DNA of 63,546 bases, filler included, from Octopus bimaculoides (taxonomy: Eukaryota): NCBI RefSeq assembly GCF_001194135.2. It is 4 parts of 4 records of this genome, joined end to end, with 100 filler letters (N's around TTAATTAATTAA, not from the genome) between each part and the next. Parts side by side here need not be neighbours in the genome. Positions count along the whole stretch, not along the records: positions 29,263 to 38,751 come from NC_068985.1; positions 38,852 to 60,657 come from NC_068991.1; 2 more parts are not named here. One strand, written 5' to 3'. The notes below the pieces were generated by a model. That model was given only the letters and a program-made list of their open reading frames with translations. It was not told the origin of the DNA and searched no databases. Every line of letters begins with the position of its first letter. The stretch's first letter is position 1. This document shows positions 34,016 to 47,282 of this stretch, piece after piece. A program made the position numbers and the translations under genes.

Positions 34016-35020
34016 NNNNNNNNNNNNNNNNNNNNNNNNNNNNNNNNNNNNNNNNNNNNNNNNNNNNNNNNNNNNNNNNNNNNNNNNNNNNNNNNNNNNN
34101 NNNNNNNNNNNNNNNNNNNNNNNNNNNNNNNNNNNNNNNNNNNNNNNNNNNNNNNNNNNNNNNNNNNNNNNNNNNNNNNNNNNNNNNNNNNNNNNNNNNN
34201 NNNNNNNNNNNNNNNNNNNNNNNNNNNNNNNNNNNNNNNNNNNNNNNNNNNNNNNNNNNNNNNNNNNNNNNNNNNNNNNNNNNNNNNNNNNNNNNNNNNN
34301 NNNNNNNNNNNNNNNNNNNNNNNNNNNNNNNNNNNNNNNNNNNNNNNNNNNNNNNNNNNNNNNNNNNNNNNNNNNNNNNNNNNNNNNNNNNNNNNNNNNN
34401 NNNNNNNNNNNNNNNNNNNNNNNNNNNNNNNNNNNNNNNNNNNNNNNNNNNNNNNNNNNNNNNNNNNNNNNNNNNNNNNNNNNNNNNNNNNNNNNNNNNN
34501 NNNNNNNNNNNNNNNNNNNNNNNNNNNNNNNNNNNNNNNNNNNNNNNNNNNNNNNNNNNNNNNNNNNNNNNNNNNNNNNNNNNNNNNNNNNNNNNNNNNN
34601 NNNNNNNNNNNNNNNNNNNNNNNNNNNNNNNNNNNNNNNNNNNNNNNNNNNNNNNNNNNNNNNNNNNNNNNNNNNNNNNNNNNNNNNNNNNNNNNNNNNN
34701 NNNNNNNNNNNNNNNNNNNNNNNNNNNNNNNNNNNNNNNNNNNNNNNNNNNNNNNNNNNNNNNNNNNNNNNNNNNNNNNNNNNNNNNNNNNNNNNNNNNN
34801 NNNNNNNNNNNNNNNNNNNNNNNNNNNNNNNNNNNNNNNNNNNNNNNNNNNNNNNNNNNNNNNNNNNNNNNNNNNNNNNNNNNNNNNNNTATATATATAT
34901 ATATATGGGAGAATATACAAATAATAACAACAGACGAGGACAGGTGGTGTAAATAACAAAAGTATATATTAGTATGACGCTCGGGAATACGGAAAGTCTT
35001 TGACGTTTCGAGCTACGCTC

Positions 35021-35065
<45 letters not shown>

Positions 35066-35282
35066 GTACATAAACACGAATACAGGTATATCAAATATCA
35101 CAGAAGAAATTCTTGATTTTATAAAGGTTATCTCTACCTCGAGACAATGTATCATAATTACCAAATGGTAATAGAGACCAGCAGCGTACGAGGATGGGGT
35201 AATAATCTCATGAATCAAGGATTTTCCAAAATTGGTATGCAATTAAGGAAAGGGACAGGCGTGTCGTCAGGAGATAAAAGGA

Positions 35283-35330
35283 CTGTTCTGGATATGTTTC
35301 TGCTTTAATAGGCATCATCAGTACGAAAAC
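35283..35330 (-). ncRNA. Degenerate minimal hammerhead-ribozyme-like motif (Penelope type)
   Basis: The minus strand reads CTGATGA-tgc-ctattaaa-gca-GAAAC-atatc. The helix III G and helix I pairing are mutated. The flank is homologous to 62530-62590. Confidence 0.4.
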
Positions 35331-35534
35331 TGCCCTAACCTGTCAACAACAGCGGAGGGATACAGACATACGAAAACACTAGAACATTTTATGGCTAAGA
35401 TAATTTGCATAAATTAAACTCAAATGAGCTAAGAGGAAATAACTTAATGTGGCCAGTGGCATATATATGAACAACATTGACAAATACAAGTATACCAAAT
35501 ACCATATTTCCCCTTTTTTATTCGTTGAGTTATA

Positions 35535-35906
35535 TGTTGGCATTCTATCGCTTACGACATCGAGGGTTCCAGTTGATCCGATCAACGGAACAGCCTGCTC
35601 GTGAAATTAACGTGCAAGTGGCTGAGCACTCCACAGACACGTGTACCCTTAACGTAGTTCTCGGGGATATTCAGCGTGACACAGTGTGACAAGGCTGGCC
35701 CTTTGAATTACAAGCACAACAGAAACAAAGAGAGAAAGTTGTGGTGAAAGAGTACAGCAGGGTTCGCCAACATCCCCTGCCGAAGCCTCGTGGAGTTTTA
35801 GGTGTTTTCGCTCAATAAACACTCACAACGCCCGGTCTGGGAATCGAAACCGCGATCCTATGACCGCGAGTCCGCTGCCCTAACCACTGGACCATTGCGC
35901 CTCCAC
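35535..35906 (-). mobile_element. tRNA-derived SINE family B, full length
   Basis: The minus strand runs gtggaggcgcaatggtccagtggttaggg...gatcggatcaactggaaccctcgatgtcgtaagcgatagaatgccaaca. Confidence 0.85.
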
Positions 35907-37718
35907 CGTTGAGTTATAACCATGTAAATATTTAGGCTTTGTCTCTCACTATTTAAATTACACATTTCGTTGGTTAAATATATGTTTAGTAGTTGGGGTG
36001 TGGATGAGTTGCTGCAGGCTTCTAAAAGCTGACCATATAACCAGCCGAATATAGATGATCCAATTCGTGGTAGCGAACCGTATCATCGAATGCTTAAAAT
36101 ATCCTACAGAAACTATTATGTTCCTGATTTATTTGTATAAAGAATAAAATGTCCAATGTCCAGAGTCCTCTGAAGTGAGTGAACTTTATCATTAAATGCT
36201 GAAAATATTCGATGGGAACCATTCTTATATTCCTGATTTCTTTGGTTAACGAATTACATGATTAGAGTTCACCGGCGATAATTTGGTTGTTACATGGGCG
36301 ATTTATATGATATTTGACACCTAACTGTATCTTCGAGATGATTGTCGAGCAAGAGTGATTATTTCTCTGTGGTCGATCGAAATACTAGATATTGACGTGA
36401 AATTTCCCTCAAGCCTCACCCCATCATCTTAAAAATTTATATAATACTATTCGTGTGAAATTATTGCATAATGCTTTTATAATATGTTTGTAAAGTTGGT
36501 TTTAAGACATCTAACAGTCGAATATATCCTACAAATCACTTTCTTTGTCTTTTTTATGATGGTAGTTGTATGGGTGAGTAAATTATTGCTATTGATTTTG
36601 CCTTTCGAAAGAAAAGATAACATATTTCTAGTTTAACTTTTTTATTTTGTAATATGAGCTGTGAAATGTTTTTTGTTGTAAAGACTGTTTGTACGTAGTA
36701 CATTTCTAATGGCGAGTTAATATAGATTTTTACAAGAGGCTTGTTTGACTAAATGTTTTATTTTGAGGTCAATTCTTTTTGTTCGTGCTGTTACTGTTCT
36801 TCTTTGGATCTCAGTGATTCCTAGGTCACTTATGATCAAAAGAAACTCCAGTCGTGACCACACATTCTTTATTTTCAGGTATAGTGTTTTCATTGTCAGT
36901 TTCTCTTTAAGACAATGGATGCGGTTTGAGGGAGATTCAGAGAGTCAGACTTGATATGTAAAATAAGAAAATGAGTTTAAAAATGCATGAGTCAAACATC
37001 ATGGAAAATTTAAATATATTTCTCTCTCTTTTCGTCCATTCTAACCTGATTCGTGTATTGTATTAATCAGAGAAAGTGCATAACAAATTTTGTCAGAAAC
37101 TCCTTTCAAAATTATGAAAAGGGCTTTAAAACTATGGCGTTGTCGAAGAGTTAACAAGTGCAATAGTCCTAGGAACGCAGAGACATTACGAGCAAGTGAT
37201 TTCAGACGGCTCAGCCATAGTAAAAGCTAACTGAAACTGTCTTACTAATAAAGCTCTCCGGCAAGTTATGCTTACTTTTCAGAGCAGGAACATAAAAATT
37301 TTGATACACTATGAAAAATAAGTTTCAGAAGTATTTCATAGGTTTAGAAGGTTTTACATTCAGTGTTGGCCAGCAACCTTTTAGCTACCTTTCATGCTCA
37401 AATAAGTTAGATAGGTTTACCCATTATTACAATCAAATGAAAGAAGGAGCCCTATGTGCATCCGCTCGAACATATCTCTCCCAAATCATATCCCATCGTC
37501 TTAAAAGTATCAATCAGCTCATGTCCTATCATCTTTAGAAATGTAGAAATACATTAGATAACATTGTCGTGGATGCCTCTAAAGATATGGAATTGTTGTG
37601 GCAAGTATAAGTTTCAGTATGTCTGTTCGATGAGGCTGCGGCTAGATTTGAATAATGCTACAAACCATGCTCTTCTATCTAAAAATAAAAGGACACATTA
37701 GCTAACGTTGTCCAGAAT

Positions 37719-38118
37719 GTTGTTGTTGGCACTCCGTCGCTTACGACGTCGAGGGTTCCAGTTGATCCGATCAACGGAACAGCCTGCTCGTGAAATTAAC
37801 GTGCAAGTGGCTGAGCACTCCACAGACACGTGTACCCTTAACGTAGTTCTCGGGGATATTCAGCGTGACACAGTGTGACNNNNNNNNNNCGTGTACCCTT
37901 AACGTAGTTCTCGGGGATATTCAGCGTGACACAGTGTGACAAGGCTGACCCTTTGAATTACAGGCACAACAGAAACAGGAAGTAAGAGTGAGAGAAAGTT
38001 GTGGTGAAAGAGTACAGCAGGGTTCGACACCATCTCCTGCCGGAGCCTCGTGGAGTTTTAGGCACTTTCGCTCAATATACACTCACAACGCCAGGTCTGG
38101 GAATCGAAACCGTGATCC
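37719..38118 (-). mobile_element. tRNA-derived SINE family B (gap-broken, with local sequence duplicated across a 10-N gap)
   Basis: gttgttggcactccgtcgcttacgacg...ggaatcgaaaccgtgatcc; 37827-37879 is repeated after the N10. Confidence 0.85.
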
Positions 38119-38645
38119 NNNNNNNNNNCCTTATGGGTGTTTAATTACAGCCTCTTACGATCTAAGTTCAATTCCAGTCTGAAACTGATTTTTCCTATCC
38201 TTTATTTGAAATGTCTGTGAAATATGTATCCGTCAAATATTTGGATCGATTTAATCGAATATACCCACCTTCATATTTGAGTTCTTGTGTCAAACCTAAT
38301 TTATCGATATTGATAGACATTTCAAAACGGCACTGGTGCTGTTGATTGTGTAGCAACATTAGGCTTTGTAGTCAAAAGAAATCTCTAAAGAATATTTAAA
38401 AGATATTTCATTTTAATCACAATATCTACTGAAACATCGTTTTCAATCCATTATCCTATAACTGCGTCATAGAACATTTGTTGAGATGTAATTTTAGCAT
38501 GGTAATAGTTTTCAATATTTCACATTTACAATTGCTAGATGGAAGTATAGAAATTAGAAGTCTAACTAAACTTACACACATACAGCACCTTTCTCCCTTA
38601 ACTCAGTAAAAAAAGGAATTCTGTCCTTTAACTAATAGAAAAACC

Positions 38646-38695
<50 letters not shown>

Positions 38696-40427
38696 TAAGA
38701 AGAAAATGGAGGGAATTCGGAGGTAGTATTCATCAGCTGTTAGACATTATANNNNNNNNNNNNNNNNNNNNNNNNNNNNNNNNNNNNNNNNNNNNTTAAT
38801 TAATTAANNNNNNNNNNNNNNNNNNNNNNNNNNNNNNNNNNNNNNNNNNNNTATATATATATATATATATATATTCTAGGTAAAGCTATATCGAAAGTAT
38901 TAAAATCAGGCGGTGAAAATATATACCGAGGATGAGTCTGGACGCATCGACCTGCGAGAAACTGCAAATTAATCACTTTCAAATCACACCATACAATTTA
39001 GAAAATTAAAAGAACATATAATCTAGCGTAGTCTTAGCTACAGTCTGAAGAACAAATGGAATCGTCACACTTTGGAATGACTTTAGCCATATAGGAGTTC
39101 TTACAAGGCTAAAATTGTTAATCAGTAACAATAACGAGTGCGAATATTGAGTCATAATAACGAATATGCATATAGAATGAAATAGTAACATTCTAAAGCG
39201 GGAGAACTACAAATTTAATTACGTCCGAAGTTTGTTGAAATATGAGGAAATAATCGAATACTAGATGATAATATCATAAACAGAGTGCTTATCAGTATCC
39301 ATAGACAAATCGATAACAAATTATATTTTAAGTGCTGGAAAATGGCGATCTGCTACTTAATGGTATAATAACATAAATAGAAGAAAGAAAACTGAACAGT
39401 TAATTGTCGAAGATTTTAGCAGTCTATACAATAAAGATTTTTCACTTGAGAGGCGTGATAAAACATGATACATCAAAGTGTGTCAGCATATTGAGGTAAA
39501 AAGTGTAAAGCAACATACTCGTTATCAACGAAATTTTCTAATAAAAAACCATAAAGTGTCTGCTTACGAACTAACAGTCTGGACCCAGAGATAACGTCGT
39601 TTATAACTTAATATGTCTTCCAAACATTTCTTGGCTAACTGACGTCGCTTTCAGCTGAATTCAAACACGACAATAAATATACAAGCGATATGAGAATCAA
39701 TTATGTTACTCGTTAGATGCTTCTTTTTCAAGAGGCAGCAACTGAATGGAGTTACACAGTGCCGAACCAAGAATCCTTGTCTCCATTAACCTTGGCTGCT
39801 CATGAATTTTCATCTTGTCTCTGACAATATCATCCAATATCTTTGAGTGATCTTTGTCCTTTATCACAGTGCGAAAATCTCCAAAATGTAACATCTGATA
39901 TGATTTGTAGCTCTACACGATAGCAGCGTCAGCACTTAACAGTATATTAAATTACTATTTTCATTGTAATTCTTAAACTGCATTATTAATGGGGGTTTTT
40001 TTTAAGGACTTCATCAGGGAACGGTTTAAGTCGGTAGCGTCTGAGTGGTGGTTCCAAAAGACAGAGGCCATTATAGCAGCTGTAGAAAATACAGAGAAAG
40101 GAGATAGCGCTCTTGTGGCTAAGAGTCTGTAGAGTGTCTGTGAGTAACCTGGCTACTTCAAGAGGGTTTCTCTATTCAAATGTTTAATCTTTTAGAACTT
40201 ACAGCTAATACGTTTCATGAAACAATCTGTAAAGTTTTATAGATTATTTCATAAAGTAAAACAAATAAAAGATGAAAGAAACCTCGAAAGAAATCGTCCT
40301 TTGAGGATTGATAAAAAGACAAAGTTGTCACTCGCGGGACCTGAACTTGTAACTACTAAGTAATTCTTTGTAGTTTATGTCTACAGGAAAGAGTATCTGG
40401 CTGTTTTACTTTCACAATATTGGTTTC

Positions 40428-40630
40428 AAATTTTGGCATAGTGCCAGAAATTTCGGGGGAGGGATGTAAGTCGATCAAATCGACTTTTGTGCTCAACTGG
40501 TACTTATTTTATCAATCACGATAGGATGAAAGGTAAAGTCGACCTCTGTGGTATTTGAACTCAGAACGTAAAGGCGGACGAAATGCTGCCAAGCATTTTG
40601 TCCGGCGTGCTAACGATTCTGCCAGTTCGG
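40428..40630 (-). mobile_element. SINE family A (tail B)
   Basis: tggtttcaaattttggcata...aactggtacttatttt...gtcgacctctgtggtatttgaactcagaacg. Confidence 0.8.
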
Positions 40631-41455
40631 TACCTTTTTGGTTTCAGAACATGGCCCATCATCACAGTCTGCTATAAATTTGCTAAATCCTCGGTGAACA
40701 ACTCTTGCACAGATGGAATGGAAATAACTGTTCTTGAGGGGAGGAATATATTGCAGGTTCCCTTCATGTCCTTCTCACAATGCAACACAACCAATTCTGA
40801 CAGGGAAAGAGAGCGAAAGAGAACGAAAGAGAACGAAAAAGGGTGATGAATTGACACCAGTATTTACGATCGTCTGTAAGCCTTAAACAGCTTTGCTAAT
40901 TGCTAGTGTTATAGCAATTAATATTCTATAGCGTTTAATTATGAAACAGTTCCTTCAGGCAACAGGTGACATTTTAGAGTTTCCACAGATTTTATTTGAA
41001 TCGATCACAAATAATACTACTCTGTCAATAGTCTGGTTACATAACTCCAAGCTGAAGCTGTCTGGCTGCTTTAGCTCTCCTCGCTCTCGGTCACAGATAA
41101 AGCGCAGCAAGTTGTCGTTAATCTTTCCAGCTAGTGCCGTTACAGCAATACACGTAACAGAACTGGTTGGTCGTTTTTCCACTCACACACTCGCATTTGA
41201 AGTTATCTTAAATAACAGGACAAGTAAAACTGGATGAAAGAAATCCATTCTCTGTATTCACTGTTCCGTTAGATTCAACTGTAAATGATAACGTTCTTCA
41301 TTCTATTTTCTTCGGCAATATTTTTCCGTTCATTCTACGTATGGATACCAAGTAGAACATTAATTCATAAACATATTCTTTTACTTGTTTCAGTCATTTG
41401 ACTCCGGCCATGCTGGAACACCGCCTTAAAGGGTTTTATAGTCGAAGAAATCGAC

Positions 41456-41486
<31 letters not shown>

Positions 41487-41699
41487 ACACACACACACTC
41501 TCACACACACACACACACACACATNNNNNNNNNNNNNNNNNNNNNNNNNNNNNNNNNNNNNNNNNNNNNNNNNNNNNNNNNNNNNNNNNNNNNNNNNNNN
41601 NNNNNNNNNNNNNNNNNNNNNNNNNNNNNNNNNNNNNNNNNNNNNNNNNNNNNNNNNNNNNNNNNNNNNNNNNNNNNNNNNATACACATATATATATAA

Positions 41700-41900
41700 A
41701 CGTTAGCACGCCAGGCGAAATACCTAGCGGTATTTCATCTGTCTTTACGTTCTGAGTTCAAATTCCGCCGAGGTTGATTTTTGTCTTTCATCCTTTCGGG
41801 GTCGATAAATTAAGTACCAGTTACGTACTTGGGTAGATCTAATCGACTGACCCTCTCCCACAAAATTTCGGGCCTTGTGCCTAGAGTAGAAAAGAATATT
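41700..41900 (+). mobile_element. SINE family A (tail B)
   Basis: cgttagcacgccaggcgaaa...gttctgagttcaaattccgccgagg...gccttgtgcctagagtagaaaagaat. Confidence 0.85.
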
Positions 41901-44099
41901 GAGTACTGTTTCCTTCTTCCACTTACAAGCATGTATGTGTGTGTGTATGTGAGTATGTTGTTTTCCTTACATCGCCGGTACCTGTCGTAAAGTTCTAAAG
42001 TTCTAAATAAAACATGATCGTTGTCAATCGACATATTCAATGTTCATTCAGAGTATCTTTACAAGAATAGAAAGCACTTCATTGATTATATGAATTCATT
42101 TGTATTTCATGCAGCATGAAAAGGAAATTATCAGTGCTGCTCCTACAAATCCATTAGTTTCTTTTATTTACCATTCATTAATACATATATCCCGAGGGAT
42201 TGACAATTTTTGAAAATCGTTTATTCAACAATTAAGGTGAATTACTTCAAAGAATTTACCTCCCTTTACTACATATAGAATATTTCAAATTTTGATGAAT
42301 GTCTATTTAGAAACTGATGCCATTTTATTCCTAAAAGAACAGATTGATATTTTCCCAATGTTTGACCCTGCTGTAATATTCTGTTGACAAATGGCCCTCA
42401 CGAGAAATGTAAAGATAATGAGATTTTAGCAAAGACATATAAGAAATGTGTTTATCAATGTTAGAATTATAAGACCATTTATTTAAGTTTGAAAAAATGT
42501 CACATATCATACGAAACTACTTACATCACATTTAAAAACAAAATTTAATTTACGATGAATTCGGCAAATGTTTAATCAATATTGTACAGGAATAAAAAAT
42601 GGCAACTCGATAAATAGAGTTTTGTCTTTATTTATTTTTGGTAATAAATACGTAATACTTATTTCCTCAATCAAAATGATTATTTTGGAAGATAAACAGT
42701 AATTTAAGAGAATATGTGATATTAAGTGTAAAACCGCACAACCTGTTCGTATTAAATGTTAACAAACGATAAATTTCTTACCTTGAAGACAAAAAAAATA
42801 ATTCAAAACAAAATATATAATTATAATTTCTTTCAAATTAGTTTCTTTTATAACGATACTAAAAATATTTTTATGCTAATACCGTTTTATAACCGAGATT
42901 TATGTTGGCAAAGNNNNNNNNNNNNNNNNNNNNNNNNNNNNNNNNNNNNNNNNNNNNNNNNNNNNNNNNNNNNNNNNNNNNNNNNNNNNNNNNNNNNNNN
43001 NNNNNNNNNNNNNNNNNNNNNNNNNNNNNNNNNNNNNNNNNNNNNNNNNNNNNNNNNNNNNNNNNNNNNNNNNNNNNNNNNNNNNNNNNNNNNNNNNNNN
43101 NNNNNNNNNNNNNNNNNNNNNNNNNNNNNNNNNNNNNNNNNNNNNNNNNNNNNNNNNNNNNNNNNNNNNNNNNNNNNNNNNNNNNNNNNNNNNNNNNNNN
43201 NNNNNNNNNNNNNNNNNNNNNNNNNNNNNNNNNNNNNNNNNNNNNNNNNNNNNNNNNNNNNNNNNNNNNNNNNNNNNNNNNNNNNNNNNNNNNNNNNNNN
43301 NNNNNNNNNNNNNNNNNNNNNNNNNNNNNNNNNNNNNNNNNNNNNNNNNNNNNNNNNNNNNNNNNNNNNNNNNNNNNNNNNNNNNNNNNNNNNNNNNNNN
43401 NNNNNNNNNNNNNNNNNNNNNNNNNNNNNNNNNNNNNNNNNNNNNNNNNNNNNNNNNNNNNNNNNNNNNNNNNNNNNNNNNNNNNNNNNNNNNNNNNNNN
43501 NNNNNNNNNNNNNNNNNNNNNNNNNNNNNNNNNNNNNNNNNNNNNNNNNNNNNNNNNNNNNNNNNNNNNNNNNNNNNNNNNNNNNNNNNNNNNNNNNNNN
43601 NNNNNNNNNNNNNNNNNNNNNNTATATATATATATATATATATATATACAAATTTTCCATGTATGTAGTTGATATTATATATATATATATATATATATAT
43701 TATATCAACTACATACATGGAAAATTTGTATGTGTTTGTTTGTGGCGGTGTTAGCTAACTCCTCCTCCATATTGGTTTTGATGAAACTTTACACGCATGC
43801 ATATGTACAAGCATTTATATTATACTAACTGGCAGAATCGTGAGAGCATCAGATATTCAGTATTTGTTTTGTTTCTCTATGCTTTGGGTTCAAATCTTGC
43901 CAGGAAATAACGTTGCCTTTCATTTCTCTAGGATTGGTAAATATATACCAGCATTCAGATCAAATAATAATTAACCAAATGTACGAAATATAAACCCTGG
44001 AAACTAGATTTTAGACTAGTTCTAGCTTTTCATTTGTAGCTGGTCCGTTTTGTGAAACATACAGATTCATTAACTATTTTTGATGTACTTTTTAAACTT

Positions 44100-45150
44100 A
44101 TTCTGAAACTTATACCGATTTTCTTAACAAATGACTCAGACTTGTTAAACCGTTTCCAGAAAAAAGAAACAACTACAAAGATGCTCAATGCTTCAGTTTA
44201 TGTAGTAATTCAGAAATAAAAGATCATAGAAATCTAGATGGAAAATAATTTATCACAAAGTGCCAGAAGAAATAGAGAAAACAATCCTCATTAAAGGAAT
44301 AAATTTCAACATACAAAACAATTATCTTGATTTCCATGGTATTATTGATGGAAAAATATCTAGGCCCACTATGGTAACAAAAGTTACCCTGAATTATGCC
44401 AATTTAGTCATGTCATAAGTCTATGTACAAGGACAATCCAGATTAAGATCTGGTGACAACTTTCAGAAATATGTATTGAGCGACTGGAAATGATACCTAG
44501 TCACTTTATTTTGGGAATACATTGTCTCAATCAAATTGGTAAGCTGAAAATATTAATTAATTAATATATAGTAGAAATAATAGTATTCAATTCACAACGA
44601 CTACCTCCTGACATCGACACCGATACTTACTTCAAGCCATCAAACACAAAGCAATATTTGTTATTTACATCTCACTGTTATAAACACACAAGAAGAAATA
44701 TGCAATTTTATTTGATAAGAGTCTGCACAAATGCGTCCACTTTAGAAACTCTGGTTAAACGATTTCAAGAAGTACAGAAACTATTGCTCTAAAGATAGCT
44801 TACAGCAACATTAATTGATAACGATATATAGCCTGCTAAAGCAATAGATATTCAGCAATTGCGATAGACAAAAAGTACTTCAGATATTCTCAATGCATTG
44901 CCTTGTGTGTTAACATTCAACTCAAAATATTACAGTAGCGTACAACATTCGGTCACCGGTATATTAGGAAATCCTTGAGAATGAAAATGACACTCGAAAC
45001 ACAAAAGTCGTAGAAACTAATGGACAACCAAATTTCTTTTTTAAATATTACTAACCAACACCTAATTATCAACTGAAAATACAATTTCATCAGTTAAAAC
45101 TTGTGGTCGTGCTATCTGCGGTTTTTATATCCATTATATTTGAAACACAA
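44100..45150 (+). mobile_element. Penelope-like retroelement remnant (RT C-half, thumb, Cys linker)
   Basis: Decayed frames read VPEEIEKTILIKGINF..NNY, PTMVTKVTLNYANLVM (cf. GTAMGT..AP.YANL.M), DTYFKPSNTKQYLLFTSHCYKHTRRN, AKAIDIQQLR, LPCVLTFN and KTCGRAICG; many stops. Confidence 0.8.
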
Positions 45151-45739
45151 CTTATAAAGTTAGACAATCACCGTCGCTTATGCATCTCAGAACTTAACTT
45201 TTGCCATTCAATGTCATGGATCTATTAAAGAATACTTCGGACAAACAGGTGTAGGGATATATACGGCTTGCCTGGTGTTGGTTGTAGCATGATTAACTAA
45301 GCTACGACTGATTGGTTTAGACTTGCAATCAGTCTTAAGACAAACTGCAAGTCAAAACTTATTACATGTGGCTGAAAAGTAGTCTGTCATACATACATAC
45401 ATACATACATACGCAGGCAGGCATGGATGCATACATACATACATACATACATACATACACCACAGGAACAGTAAAAATCTGGAAACGTTCCAGAAATTTA
45501 CTATTTAAGTATATATACGCGAATCTAGATATTCAACAATATGCATGAGAATACACGCATACAACAAAACAAATCTGCACATGCACTGGCTCCAAATACT
45601 GCACATATACACACATGCATGCAATAATACACTGTTGATGTTAAAGATCCAATGAAACAGACTTGGGTCTAGGTTAGAAACGGACTCTTTTTCTATTGGC
45701 AAAATTGGATATTGACATACATACATACATACATACATG

Positions 45740-46065
45740 TCATCACAGTATTATCTACTGAGGAGACATGACGTTGCAGCTAGGACACTATAATGAAATC
45801 CGTCGCAAGGATAATCCCGAGGACAAAGGAATAAGAACCCAAAATATGGTAGAAGCCATAGCTACTCATAATAAAACGGAATACTAGTGGAATGTACAGG
45901 TGAAGACCTCAATAAAATATAAGCACAACAGAACTGATACAATGATTTGGGATAGAGAAGAGAAACTGTGTACAGTTGTGGAAATTAGCTGCCCAACGGG
46001 TGTTAACGTAAAGCAGAAGATCAGTGAAAAAGAGAACACCTATGCTGAACTATTGTAAGACTAAG
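45740..46065 (+). mobile_element. Non-LTR retrotransposon with restriction-like endonuclease (R2/R4/NeSL-type), C-terminal fragment
   Basis: Reads YYLLRRHDVAART..NEIRRK...WNVQVKTSIKYKHNRTDTMIWDREEKLCTVVEISCP..VNVKQKISEKENTYAELL, matching RHD and HNR[P]D...E..K..KY RLE motifs. Confidence 0.8.
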
Positions 46066-46756
46066 TACTAGTCTTACAAAGAATAAGTCATGGGGTCGAT
46101 TTCCTCGACAGAAGGCAGTGCTCCAGCATGGCCGCATTCAAATGACTAAAACAAGTAAAGGAGTAAAAGAGTGTATATATATATAAATACACACTCACAC
46201 ATATATATATATACATATGAATTTATATACATATATATATATATATGTATATATGTGTATATATATGTATGTATGCATATTCTCATTCATGTTACGTTTC
46301 CCACCATGTTTTTTCTCATTGTTATATTCTTGTAATGAAGTACAACCATACGAAGCGTAAAGACTTTTCCCCTTCTTTTTAAGCGTTTAGCTGATATAGC
46401 ATTTGTTAAAACTTTCCCTCCTGGGTTATCTTGTTTTTCTGCCCTTTGCCTAATGTGTACGTGTGTGTGTGTGAGTGTGAGCGTGTGTGTGTATACGCCT
46501 TTCCTCCTCATCTTCTTATCATTATCACCAATCTCATCATCATTATACATCCATTCTCTTTTACCTTTTCATTTTTCCTCTTCACCGCAAATAAATCCAC
46601 CCTCATATATACTTTAAAAATTTCTTTTGCACATACAGACATACATATACATACGCATGCACAGGCTCATTCAAAGGCACTGTTTCTATTTTCACTTCTT
46701 TTATATGTAGACATATATATATATATATACACATATATATATATACATATATATAC

Positions 46757-46787
<31 letters not shown>

Positions 46788-47215
46788 CATNNNNNNNNNN
46801 NNNNNNNNNNNNNNNNNNNNNNNNNNNNNNNNNNNNNNNNNNNNNNNNNNNNNNNNNNNNNNNNNNNNNNNNNNNNNNNNNNNNNNNNNNNNNNNNNNNN
46901 NNNNNNNNNNNNNNNNNNNNNNNNNNNNNNNNNNNNNNNNNNNNNNNNNNNNNNNNNNNNNNNNNNNNNNNNNNNNNNNNNNNNNNNNNNNNNNNNNNNN
47001 NNNNNNNNNNNNNNNNNNNNNNNNNNNNNNNNNNNNNNNNNNNNNNNNNNNNNNNNNNNNNNNNNNNNNNNNNNNNNNNNNNNNNNNNNNNNNNNNNNNN
47101 NNNNNNNNNNNNNNNNNNNNNNNNNNNNNNNNNNNNNNNNNNNNNNNNNNNNNNNNNNNNNNNNNNNNNNNNNNNNNNNNNNNNNNNNNNNNNNNNNNNN
47201 NNNNNNNNNNNNNNN

Positions 47216-47282
<67 letters not shown>

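Noticed and set aside
39706-39920. Minus-strand frames faintly resembling a non-LTR element (CDKGQRSLKDIG)
   Set aside because: Similarity is too weak to call without a profile search.
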